NCBI GenBank assembly: GCA_963757755.1
Contig: CAVWTK010000004.1
Span: 316,073 to 380,072 of the forward strand
Direction: 5' to 3'
Length of the DNA stretch: 64,000 nt
DNA from: an uncultured bacterium
GTDB lineage: Bacteria; Desulfobacterota; Binatia; HRBIN30; CADEER01
Made by a program: the position numbers and the translations under genes. The notes beneath the pieces were generated by a model. That model did not search any database, was not told the origin of the DNA, and worked only from the letters and a program-made list of their open reading frames with translations. Below, piece by piece: positions 8,569 through 18,267 of this stretch (the stretch's first letter is position 1; every line of letters starts with the position of its first letter).

Positions 8569-10842
8569 CTACTGACAGCTCGGCGGCGCCAGCGTGTAGA
8601 ACTCGACCGTCGTGGCGTTGGCGACGTAGGAGCCGCGGGCGATGCCGAGCACGCCGGCGACGCCGGGGGCGGTCTGGCGGCTCGACCCGAGCGCGTCGGC
8701 GGTCAACGGAAACGGCTCCAGGTAGATCCCGGTCTGTGCATCGTCACCGAGCAACTCGTATACCGCGACGATCGATCCGTCCGGGGCGCGGCTGGCGTAC
8801 TGCGCGACCCAGTCACCGCCCATCGGGTGCACCTGCGTCGTGAAGCGGTGGTTGGTCTTGTCCGACACCATGTCGACGACACGATTGGCGATGTCGGTGC
8901 CACCGGCGGCGTTGCGATTGAACGTCGCGAAGTGGATCTGCCACGGCGCGGTGTGCGAGCGGGCCGAGTTCTCCGTCCACAGCGCCGCATAGTGGTTGCC
9001 GTTGTAGGCGATGTCCGGGAACTCGTCCCAGAGGTATTCCTTGCTCTTCACGACCTTGACGTTGTTGCTGAGCGTACCCGTCGAGGACCAGTACTTCGTC
9101 ATCACACCGCCGGTCGCGATCTGGATGTCCTTGACCGTGAGGATGGTGAAGCCGGAGCCGTCGAACGCGGCGCTCGGATAGAACTGATGGGTGAGGTCGA
9201 AGTCGACCAGGTTGATGACGCTGCTCGTCGGCGTGCCGTTGGTGTCGATCTTGAAGGCATAGCTGCACGAGTGACCGGCGCACTCCCCCTCGACGACGCC
9301 CATGAAGCCGCCGGGGATCGGATACACGTCGCCGTCGGCTTCTTCGTCGTACTGTGGATCGACGAACAGCGGCGGCCCGACCGCGTGCCGCTGGCTGACC
9401 GTGCCGTCGAGCGACAGCGACTGATAGAAGAGCGTCGCGCTCTCGGCGGTGAACAGGCCGTAGTGACCGGCGTTCCAGGTCACCATGTAGTAGTGCGAGC
9501 GGAAGGGAACCTTCCCGATCGAGGCGACCAGCTTCGGCGCCACCGTGGTCGTGCCGCCGAAGTCGACGTGGGCGTAGTACAGGTGCGCGGACTGCGTGGC
9601 GTCCGGATCGGTGCGGAGCCAGAAGACGCCCCAGCCGGTGTCGGTCGGCACGGTGCGGCTCAGCCAGATTTCGCCCCCGGTCTGCGTGCTGATCAGCTTT
9701 GGCGACGACACGTGCCAGCCGAGGCCGCTGATGCACGTGGCGGTGGGCGTCGGCGTCTCGGTGGCGGTCGGCGTGTAGGTCTGCGTGCGCGTTCCCGTGC
9801 GGGTCGCGGTGCTGGTCACGGTGATCGTCTTGGTCGGGGTCTCGGTGGACGTCCGCGTCGGCGTCTGCGTGCGCGTATCGGTGCGCGTCGGGGTGGGAGT
9901 GCGCGTCGCCGTCGACGGGAACGTGTTCGTCGCGGTGTTCGTCGGCGTGCTCGAGCGCGTCGGGGTGCGGGTGACGGTGCCGGTCGCGGTATTGGTCGAC
10001 GCCACCAGCGGCGTATGGGTGGCGGTCGGCACGAGCGTATTCGTCGCGGTCGCGGTGCGGGTGGCCGTCGCGGGCGGCGCGTTCGTCGGCGTCGCCGGCG
10101 GCGTGTTGGTCGACGTCGGGACGGGCGTGTTGGTCGGCGTGCTCACCGACGTCGCGGTGGACGGCGGGCTGGTCGACGTCGGCGACGCCGGAGGCGCTCC
10201 CGCCTGCCAGTTGCCGGTACAGTCGCCGAGCAGGATCGCCAGGAAGTCCTGCTGGTCGAGCGGGGTTGCGAGGGGCTCGTAGACGATCGCGCCCGGCTGG
10301 CACATCGGCGCCATCTGCGGCGTGATGAGGCGCTGGTTCGGCGCCGAGAGCGGATCGGGCACGAAGATCCAGTCCGACCCGCACAGCTCCGCCGCCGGCA
10401 ACTGTTGGCGCGCCCCCGCCACCAACTGCAGGATACGGGCGGCGTCGAGTGAGCTCACCGTCCCGTCACCGGTCACATCACAGGCGAGACGCTGATAGTC
10501 ATCGAACGTCCGCACGCCGACGACGGCCTGGAGCGCAAAGACGGCGTCGAGCGTGCTGACGCCCACGCCGCCGCCGCCGAGCTTGCGGGGCGAGACCTCC
10601 CAGTCGCCCGCCCCCGGATCGCCAAACGCATAGTTGCCGTTGGCGTCCGTGGTCGTGCTCATCTGGCCGGGTCCGTCGAGCTCCACCGTGACGTCCGGCA
10701 CCGTGCCGCCGCCGATGTAGTATTTGACCTCGCCGCCGAGACCCGTGAGCGCCGCAGCGGGCGCGGCCAGAGAGAGAACGAGCAGTGACAGGGCCGCGCA
10801 TCGCGCCCACCCGGTTCCTCGTTCCACTCGCACGGCCTTCAT
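8569..10842 (-). CDS. Secreted 757 aa protein: signal peptide, N-terminal domain with a dockerin-like Ca-binding repeat, long Thr/Pro linker, large C-terminal beta-rich domain
   Basis: Signal peptide SLLVLSLAAPAAA. CDVTGDGTVSSLDAARILQLVAG is dockerin/EF-hand-like. The linker is ~170 aa of TPTxT repeats. The ORF is intact. Confidence 0.55.
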   Translation of the reverse strand: MKAVRVERGTGWARCAALSLLVLSLAAPAAALTGLGGEVKYYIGGGTVPDVTVELDGPGQMSTTTDANGNYAFGDPGAGDWEVSPRKLGGGGVGVSTLDAVFALQAVVGVRTFDDYQRLACDVTGDGTVSSLDAARILQLVAGARQQLPAAELCGSDWIFVPDPLSAPNQRLITPQMAPMCQPGAIVYEPLATPLDQQDFLAILLGDCTGNWQAGAPPASPTSTSPPSTATSVSTPTNTPVPTSTNTPPATPTNAPPATATRTATATNTLVPTATHTPLVASTNTATGTVTRTPTRSSTPTNTATNTFPSTATRTPTPTRTDTRTQTPTRTSTETPTKTITVTSTATRTGTRTQTYTPTATETPTPTATCISGLGWHVSSPKLISTQTGGEIWLSRTVPTDTGWGVFWLRTDPDATQSAHLYYAHVDFGGTTTVAPKLVASIGKVPFRSHYYMVTWNAGHYGLFTAESATLFYQSLSLDGTVSQRHAVGPPLFVDPQYDEEADGDVYPIPGGFMGVVEGECAGHSCSYAFKIDTNGTPTSSVINLVDFDLTHQFYPSAAFDGSGFTILTVKDIQIATGGVMTKYWSSTGTLSNNVKVVKSKEYLWDEFPDIAYNGNHYAALWTENSARSHTAPWQIHFATFNRNAAGGTDIANRVVDMVSDKTNHRFTTQVHPMGGDWVAQYASRAPDGSIVAVYELLGDDAQTGIYLEPFPLTADALGSSRQTAPGVAGVLGIARGSYVANATTVEFYTLAPPSCQ

Positions 10843-11002
10843 GAATTGCTCGGTGATGAAGGCAAATACAGGAGCAACCGCGGTGCCACCTTCCCCACTC
10901 CCTCGCGGCCGGGGTATAGCACGTCACGCGGCAAATCACCCGGGCCGGAATGTGACGTTCGACGGCTACGCGTCGGCCCGCCGCAACCGTGCGGCGAAGG
11001 GG

Positions 11003-11259
11003 TTACCGGCGGGCTCGCGCGGCGCGGCTGGCGGCGTGGTAGGCGGCGACGAAATCGGGCGTCCGCAGCCAGCCCTCGAGTGCGCTCGAGGCAAGTCCGC
11101 AGGCTTGAGCCGCTGCGCCCACCGAGCCGTGTGCGAGGAGCGCCCGCAACGCATCCTGCTGCTGCGGGGAGAGGTGCTCATTCGGCGAGGGAAGCTCGGC
11201 AGCCACTGCCGGTTCGCGGTGCAACTGCGCTTGCTTCAAGGCTTCCCAAATTTTGCTCA
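11003..11259 (-). CDS. Small putative helix-turn-helix DNA-binding protein
   Basis: MSKIWEALKQAQL...LSPQQQDALRALLAHGSVGAAAQACGLASSALEGWL resembles a sigma-70 region 4 / LuxR-type HTH. Start chosen at the internal ATG. Weak call. Confidence 0.35.
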
Positions 11260-11402
11260 TGCCCGCTCCCGGACATCCCATCCGTTGGCCGCAGCAATAG
11301 CAGACTGCGCGCGGTTCCAGAAATTGGGGAAAACCCGCAACGAACTGGCGCTGCCTCGCGGCGCTTGACGCCCGCGGAATGGTCGGCTTTGGAGGCTGCC
11401 GT

Positions 11403-12158
11403 ATGCTGCTGACCGACAAACGGGCGATCGTCACCGGCGGCGCGAGCGGCATCGGCGCGGCCACGGTTCGGGCCTATGTACGGGAGGGGGCGCGTGTCGT
11501 CGCCCTCGACGTTGACGAAGCCGGCGGCGGCCGGGTGTGCGACGAGGTGGGCGCGACGTTTCTGCGCTGCGACATCGCCGATCGCGCCGGGCTGTTCGCG
11601 ACGGTCGATCGCGCGGTCGCGCACCTCGGCGGACTCGACGTGATGGCCAACGTCGCCGGCGTCGAGCGGCGCACGCCCGCCGAGGACATCCCCGACGCCG
11701 AGTGGGATCTGATCTTCTCGGTGAACGTGAAGGGCACGCTGTACAGCAACCAGGCGGCGTTCCGGCACCTGCGCGAGCACGGCGGACGGATCATCAACTT
11801 CGGGTCCGGCGCCGGCATCCGGGGCCAGGCCGGGTCCGCGCACTACTCGGCGTCGAAGGGCGCGGTGATGGCATGGACGCGGACCGTGGCGCAGGAGTGG
11901 GCGAAGTACCGCATCACCGTCAACTCCGTCGTGCCCGCGATCTGGACGCCGATGTACGACGCCTGGCGCTCGCGCATGGGCGACCAGGAACGCATGATCC
12001 ACGACATGGCGATGCAGCACGTCGTGCCGCTCGGCGGCAAGCTCGGCGACCCTGACGCCGACATGGCGCCGGTCATGGTGTTCCTCGCGAGCGACGCGTC
12101 CCACTTCATGACCGGCCAGTGCTTTGCCGTCGACGGCGGCATGATCATGCTCGGGTGA
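11403..12158 (+). CDS. SDR-family oxidoreductase (intact)
   Basis: AIVTGGASGIGAAT, NVAG, YSASKGAV catalytic motif, PGAIWTPM. Confidence 0.8.
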   Translation: MLLTDKRAIVTGGASGIGAATVRAYVREGARVVALDVDEAGGGRVCDEVGATFLRCDIADRAGLFATVDRAVAHLGGLDVMANVAGVERRTPAEDIPDAEWDLIFSVNVKGTLYSNQAAFRHLREHGGRIINFGSGAGIRGQAGSAHYSASKGAVMAWTRTVAQEWAKYRITVNSVVPAIWTPMYDAWRSRMGDQERMIHDMAMQHVVPLGGKLGDPDADMAPVMVFLASDASHFMTGQCFAVDGGMIMLG

Positions 12159-12216
12159 ACCGTCGACTGTCATCCGTCATCCGTCGTCGCGGCGGATGGC
12201 TCGCGAAGAACGCAGG

Positions 12217-14021
12217 TCACAGCGCGATCGTGCCGCCGTCGATGCGCGCCCGCAAGGCCGCATCGAGCGGCACGTAGGTGCGCGCGGCGTCGTCGCGGAA
12301 CCACAGCGGGTCGCGGACGACGCTGGGGTCGTATCCCTCGGCCTGCAGGCGGGTCTTGGTGTGCTTGAGCGTGCCGGTCACGTCCATCGCCGCGCCGACG
12401 CGCACGAACAGCGGCCGCGCGTAGGCCGGGAGGGCCCGCTCGGCGAAGGCGTAGTACGCCGCCGGATCGAACGTCGCGTCGGGCTGCGGAACGATCAGCG
12501 CCATGCCGGCGCGACCGTCGGTGCCGGGAACGCGCACGCCGTAGACGGCGGTCTCGCTGACGCCCGGGGCGCCGTTGAGCAGCTCGGCGACCTCGGCGGT
12601 GGCGACGTTCTCGCCCTTCCAGCGGAACGTGTCGCCGATGCGGTCGACGAAATAGTAGTACGAGGCGCGATCGCGCCGCAGCAGATCGCCGGTGCGCAGG
12701 TAGCAGTCGCCCGGCGCGAAGCAGTCGCGCAGCAGCTTCGCCTCGTTGTCGGCTTTGTTCACGTAGCCGTCGAAGCTCATCATCGTGTTCTGCGCGACGA
12801 CGCTGCACAGCTCGCCGACCTCGCCCGGACCGCACTCGATGAGGAACCCGTCGGCGCCGCGCCGCGGCTGCTGGGTCTCGAAGTCGAACTGCACCAGCTT
12901 GAGCTGCGCGTGCGTGAACGGCGCCGAGCGGCCGACCGAGCCGACGCGCCCGCGCCGGTTCATCAGGCTGAGGTTCGCCTCGGTCTGCCCGTAGGTCTCG
13001 ATCACGCGATCGATGCCGAAGCGGTCGACGAACGCCTGCCAGATGTCGGGGCGCAGGCCGGGACCGGTGGCGATGCGCAGGCGGTGGGCGCGGTCGCGCG
13101 CGCTCGGCGGCTGGCGCAGCAGGTAGCGGCACAGCTCGCCGACGTACATGAAATGCGTCGCGCCGTGCTGGACGCACGTCGTCCAGGAAGGCGCTGGCGG
13201 AGAACTTGCGGCGCGAGGCGAACGTCGTGCCGGCGTGGAACGCGGGCGCGAAGCCGACGAAGTTCGAGTAGCCGTGGTAGAGCGGCGTCGGCGCGTAGGA
13301 GCAGTCGCCGTCGCTGCAGGTCGAGCACGATGCGGAGCGACTGCCCGCCCATGGTGAAGCGCGAGTGGCGGATGATCGTCGGCTTCGGATAGCCGGTGGT
13401 GCCCGACGTGTAGATGTACATCATCACGTCCGAGACCTTCACGTCGGGGATGTTCGGCTCGCCGGTCGACGCCGCCGCCAGCGCCTCGGGCAGCGAGCGG
13501 ACCGGCGTGCCGCGCGAGCGTCGGCGCTCGACGCCGCGGCGAACACCACGCCGCCCCTCCACGGGCGGCAGCTCGGCCACCGCCGGCCAGCACGCGGCGT
13601 CGGCCAGCACGACGCGGCGCCGTCGAGCTGCGCCAGCACGTGCGCCAGCGCCGGCGCCGCGCAGGTTGGTGTTGATCAGCGCGCCGATGCTGCCCAGCTT
13701 CGCCATCGCCCCTTCCGCCATCAGGAAGTCGGGCGAGTTCTCCATCATGATCGCCACCGCGTCGCCGCGGCGAACGCCGGCGCCGGCCAGCAGGTCGGCG
13801 TAGCGGTTGACGCCTGCGTTGTACGCACCGAAGCGTGACCCGCTCGCCTCGAAGCGCAGCAGCACGCGGTCGGGAATGCGCTCGGCCTGCTCGCGCATCA
13901 GGTAGCCGCAGGTGCGAAAGCCGTCGGCGCCGGCCTGCTTCAGCGCGTCGCCGATGCGCTTGTAGTGCGGGATCTCGCGCAGATCCTCGACGAGGGTCGC
14001 GAGGCGAGAGAGCAGATCCAT
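12217..14021 (-). CDS. Acyl-CoA synthetase / AMP-dependent ligase (FATP/FadD6-like), at least 2 frameshifts
   Basis: MMYIYTSGTTGYPKP, YLRTGDLLRRDRASYYYFVDRIGDTFRWKGENV, TGTLKHTKTRL, split across two minus-strand frames. Confidence 0.75.
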
Positions 14022-14083
14022 TTCAGATCAGCCACAGAGGGCCGACGGAGGCCCGCGCGGACAGCCTTCTGCGGTCGAACGGC

Positions 14084-15031
14084 TCAGCGACGCTGAAACG
14101 CGATGCGCAGGCTGCCGGTCGCTTCCTGCACGGCGGCTTGGCCTGTCGATCATCGCGCCCATGCCGAAGAAGCCGTGGATCATGCCGTTGTAGCGGGTCA
14201 CGCGGGTCGGCGACGCCGGCCTCCTCGAGGGCGGCGCCGTAGGCCTCGCCTTCGTCGCGCAACGGATCGAACTCGGCGGTGATGACCAGCGCCGGCGGGA
14301 GGCCGGCGAGGGTCGTGGCGCGCGATCGGCGACGCATACGGCTCGGCGCCGCGCGCGCGGTCGTCGCCGAGGTAGTGGTCCCAGAACCAGGCCATGTCGC
14401 CGGCCGTGAGCAGATAGCCCGTCGGCATTCTCGCGATACGAGGGCGCGTCGCAGGCGCGCGTCGGTGACCGGATAGATCAGCAGCTGGAAGACGAGCGGC
14501 GGGCCGCCGCGATCGCGCGCCATCTGCGCGACGACGGCGGCGAGGTTGCCGCCGGCGCTGTCGCCGCCGACGGCGATGCGCGATCGCGTCGGCGCCGAGC
14601 TCGGCGGCGTTCGCGGCGCACCACTGCGTGGCCGCGTAGCAATCGTCGGCCGCGGCGGGATAGCGGTGCTCCGGCGCCAGGCGATAGTCGACCGAGACGA
14701 CCACGCAGCCGGCACCGTTGGCGAGCGAGCGGCAGATGCCGTCGTGCGTACTCGAGGCCGCCCAGCACCCAGCCGCCGCCGTGGAAGTAGACGAGCAGCG
14801 GAAACGGCGCCGTCCCGTTCGGCGTGTAGACGCGCACCGGGATCTCGCCGGCCGGGCCCGGGATGCGTGCGGTCGACCGCCGAGGCGATCGGCACCTCGG
14901 CACCGCCGCATCGCCGGCAGCATCTCCATCGACTGGCGCGCGCGTGCGGCACCGGCATCGACGACAACGGCTGGCCACCCAGCGGCGGCGATCTGATCGA
15001 GAAAGGCCTGAGCCTGCGGATCGAGCGGCAT
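14084..15031 (-). CDS. Alpha/beta-hydrolase fold-3 esterase/lipase (HSL family), at least 3 frameshifts
   Basis: HGGGWVLG oxyanion motif, [13 protein letters not shown] nucleophile elbow, [18 protein letters not shown], spread over three frames. Confidence 0.7.
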
Positions 15032-15071
15032 GACGCCTCCTCCTCCGTGCCCCTTCCGTGGCGTCTCGTGT

Positions 15072-16272
15072 CGGTCAGTGACGCGCGTCGAAGCGCACCG
15101 GCAGGCGATTCGGCGAGCGGAACGCCAGGCCGACGACGTCGCAGTCGGCGGCCGGATCGAGGCGCAGGTTGGGCAGGCGGTCGAGCAGCGCGTTGAGCGC
15201 CGTGCGCGCCTCGAACAGCGCCAGGTGCGAGCCCGCGCAGAAGTGCGCGCCGAAGCCGAACGCCACATGGTCGTCGTTCTTGCGGTGCAGGTCGAAGCGG
15301 TCGGGATCGGCGTAGTGACGCTCGTCGCGGTTGGCCGAGCCGACCGTCACCGACAGCAGCGCGCCGGCGGGCACGGCTGGCCGGAGAACTCGACGTCCTC
15401 GGTCGGCCTCGCGCGAGACGAACTGCACCGGCGACTCCCAGCGCAGCGTCTCCTGGATCAGGAGCTCGATCTTCGAGCGATCGGCGCGCACCTCGTCGTA
15501 GACCTCCGGATGGCGCGAGCAGCGCGTAGAGGCAACTGCCGGTGAGGCGGTAGGTCGTCTCGGCGCCGGCCGGCAGCAGCAGGCGCAGGAAGCCCAGCAC
15601 CTCCTCGTCGGTGAGGCGGGTGCCGTCGACCTCGGCGTGCACCAGCTTGCTGAGCAGATCGTCGCGCGGCTCGGCCTTGCGCTCCTCCATCAGCGGCGTC
15701 AGGTACACGAGCAGATCCTGCGCCGCCTGGAAGCCGCGCGCCGGATCGTCACCGACGCTGATCAGGTCGAGCGCCATGCGGTGGAAGGCGTGGTAGTCGT
15801 CGACCGGAATGCCGATGATCGTCGCCATCACCTCGCATCGGGAAGGTGAAGGTGAACTGCTGCACGAGGTCGGCTTCGCCCGCGCCGGCGAACCCGTCGA
15901 TCAGTCCGTTGACGACGGTGCCGACCAGCTCGCCCGTTTCCGCCTTCATCGCCCGCGGGCCGAAGAAGGGGGCGATGATGTTGCGGAAGCGGACGTGCTC
16001 CTTGCCCTCCATCTCGAGGATGGTGCGGCCCATGACGATGCCGATGCCGCGCGCGTTGGCGCTTCGACGAGAAGGTCTTGCCGTCCTTCAGCACCGTCAG
16101 CACGTCGTCGTAGCGGGTGATCATGTGGTTGATCGCCCATCATCGTGTTGACCGGCAGCGCCGGGTGGTCGTCGCGCAGCCGCTTGTAGACGGAGTACGG
16201 ATCGACGATCGGGCTCATCATCGTGCCGCCGAACAGCTTGTTGGTGGTCGCCATCGGCGGCGTTTCGCTCAT
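15072..16272 (-). CDS. Cytochrome P450, at least 3 frameshifts
   Basis: I-helix [15 protein letters not shown], heme loop [14 protein letters not shown]. The N-terminus [16 protein letters not shown] starts at 16272. Confidence 0.8.
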
Positions 16273-16299
16273 CGTCGGTTCCTTTCGTGTCGGGACGGA

Positions 16300-16905
16300 C
16301 GCGCGCGCGGCCGCGCGCGCGGCGCGACGGGCCGAGCAGGCGATACACGGCCGTCAGACCCTGCGCCATGCGATCGGGATCGGGATCGGGGAAGAGGACG
16401 GCCGAGATCATCACGCGCGTCGAGCCAGTCGACCAGCTGCTCCGTCGTCGCCAGTCCCGCGCGCACCGGATCGCGTCACCGCCAGGAGCGGCGCGAGGAA
16501 CGCGCCGGTGATCGCGCGCAGGGCGGGAAACTCGGCGCGCAGATAATCGAGCACGAACGCCGGCTCGGTCTCGATGACGCGCCGGATCGCCGGGTGCTCG
16601 CTGCACGTAGCGGGTGACGAGTTGCAGCGCGACTTCCAGACGCGACGCGTCGGCCGGCGCGTCCGCGCAGCGCCGCCGCGACGCGATCCTGGAAGCGCTG
16701 CGCTCTCGAAGACCGCCAGGTCGCGCAGCAACTCCTCGCGGCTGGGGAAATAGCGATACAGGGTTCCGCGCGACACGCCGGCGCTGACGCTGACGTCGCT
16801 CATGCCGAGCTTCGCCAGGCCGTGGCGGGCGATCGCGGCCATCGCGCCGTCCAGGATGCGTTCGCGCGTGCGCAGGCTGAGCTCGGCCGCCATCGACGGC
16901 GACAT
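16300..16905 (-). CDS. TetR/AcrR-family regulator, frameshifted; 3' boundary approximate
   Basis: TRERILDGAMAAIARHGLAKLGMSDVSVSAGVSRGTLYRYFPSREELL HTH. Sits upstream of the P450 on the same strand. Confidence 0.6.
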
Positions 16906-17288
16906 AGAACAAATGGGGCAAGACTTGTCTACTGCGTTCTCGCGCGGGCTGCACGCATGCAAGGCCAGAGCTGACCGGTTCACAGCACCCAACTGCTACG
17001 TCGCTCCGGGCGCGCGAGATTCGCGTGTGCCAAAGCCATTTGCACAGCCCGCCGCCTCGGCTGCGTCGCTTTTCGCGGCGACCGGGGCGCGTCGCCCCGC
17101 CGCAATCGGAACCGCTAATGTCGCGATGCGCTAAGGTGGCGTCGCGACGAGGTCTGGCGCGGTACGCGACAGTCACAAAAGAGGAGCGTCATCGACCGGC
17201 AACGTTGCAAAGGGGCTGATAGTCCAGTAGCACAATAGGGTACGCAGCTGTCGACGCTGCCAGAGGATGGGAGAAAGGACGAGGAATC

Positions 17289-17549
17289 ATGCGTGCAGAT
17301 TTGCGGCTCTCTGACTTGGAGCGCAAGAAGGTTCCGAGCAAGTTGATGAACGTGAAGGTGCCTGACAACGTCAGCGAAGGCATCGATCGCGTCGCCGAGG
17401 AGCTCGGGTGTTCGAAGACTGCAGTGGTCATCGCGCTCCTGAACGAAGGGCTCGACGCCGCCATTGCGACCCTGCCGGCGCGTAGCAATCGCACGGGCCA
17501 GCGTCCGCCGCGCCGCGGCCGGCCGCCCCTGCCCCTGCCGACCGAATAA
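17289..17549 (+). CDS. Small ribbon-helix-helix (CopG/Arc-like) DNA-binding protein
   Basis: GGAGAAAGGA RBS, KLMNVKVPDNVSEGIDRVAEELGCSKTAVVIALL, basic disordered tail. Locally lower GC upstream. Confidence 0.45.
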   Translation: MRADLRLSDLERKKVPSKLMNVKVPDNVSEGIDRVAEELGCSKTAVVIALLNEGLDAAIATLPARSNRTGQRPPRRGRPPLPLPTE

Positions 17550-17661
17550 ACCCGATGGGGATGGGCACGGATCGCCGTGCCCATCCCCACTGACCACTCG
17601 CGACAGGCCGTCCTGTCGCCCCGCGCGACTGCCGCGCGAATGCCGTACCGGCGCTCTCGGA

Positions 17662-18267
17662 TCAGGATTCCGGCGCCGCCGCGCCGGCAGCCGCCGGGGG
17701 CGTGAATGACTCCAGGGCTTCGTCCATCACCCGGCGCGCCGCGACGTAGTAGGCGTTGGCGACGTCGATGGTGCCCTGCGTCGGGACCGGTCGCGACGGC
17801 CGGTCGACGCTCCACAGCACCCGACCACTGCCGACGTCCACGAGATCCACGCGCAGCGAAACGATGATCGCGTCGGGCGATGACACGACCCAACGCCGCA
17901 GGTCGATGTACAGCACGGCGCCGGACAGTCCCTTGTCCTTCGCGAGCATCGCGGCGGCGTAGCGCGAGTCAGGCGTCTGCGCGCCGACGGCGGCCTCGAC
18001 CGCCTCCGGCGCCACGACGTCGTAGCCGCGCTGCGCGAGCAGCGAGCGCGCTTCCGCGGCGAGCACGTCGCCGACCGTGAAGCGCTCGGTGTGGAAGACG
18101 TACTTCTCGAGGATCGAGCCGCCGGCGATGAGCAACTCCTCACCGGTTTGGTTCAGGGGTGGAAACACCGCCACGGTGCGCACCGTCGCCGGTGGCGGCG
18201 GCGCCTGGACGGCGCACCCGGTGACGACGACGGCGAGCATCACGCCCCACCATCGCGGGTGCCTCAT
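17662..18267 (-). CDS. Lipoprotein (LpoB-like / DUF fold) translationally coupled to the upstream membrane protein
   Basis: Lipobox VVVTGCAVQ. The ATG overlaps the upstream TGA (ATGA). Confidence 0.5.
   Translation of the reverse strand: MRHPRWWGVMLAVVVTGCAVQAPPPPATVRTVAVFPPLNQTGEELLIAGGSILEKYVFHTERFTVGDVLAAEARSLLAQRGYDVVAPEAVEAAVGAQTPDSRYAAAMLAKDKGLSGAVLYIDLRRWVVSSPDAIIVSLRVDLVDVGSGRVLWSVDRPSRPVPTQGTIDVANAYYVAARRVMDEALESFTPPAAAGAAAPES

Noticed and set aside
8200-10452. 750 aa plus-strand ORF, along with the 8813-10384 and 9785-10282 ORFs
   Set aside because: They run antisense to the intact, domain-bearing 8569-10842 gene. Composition is RRGR/VGV low-complexity with no domain signal.
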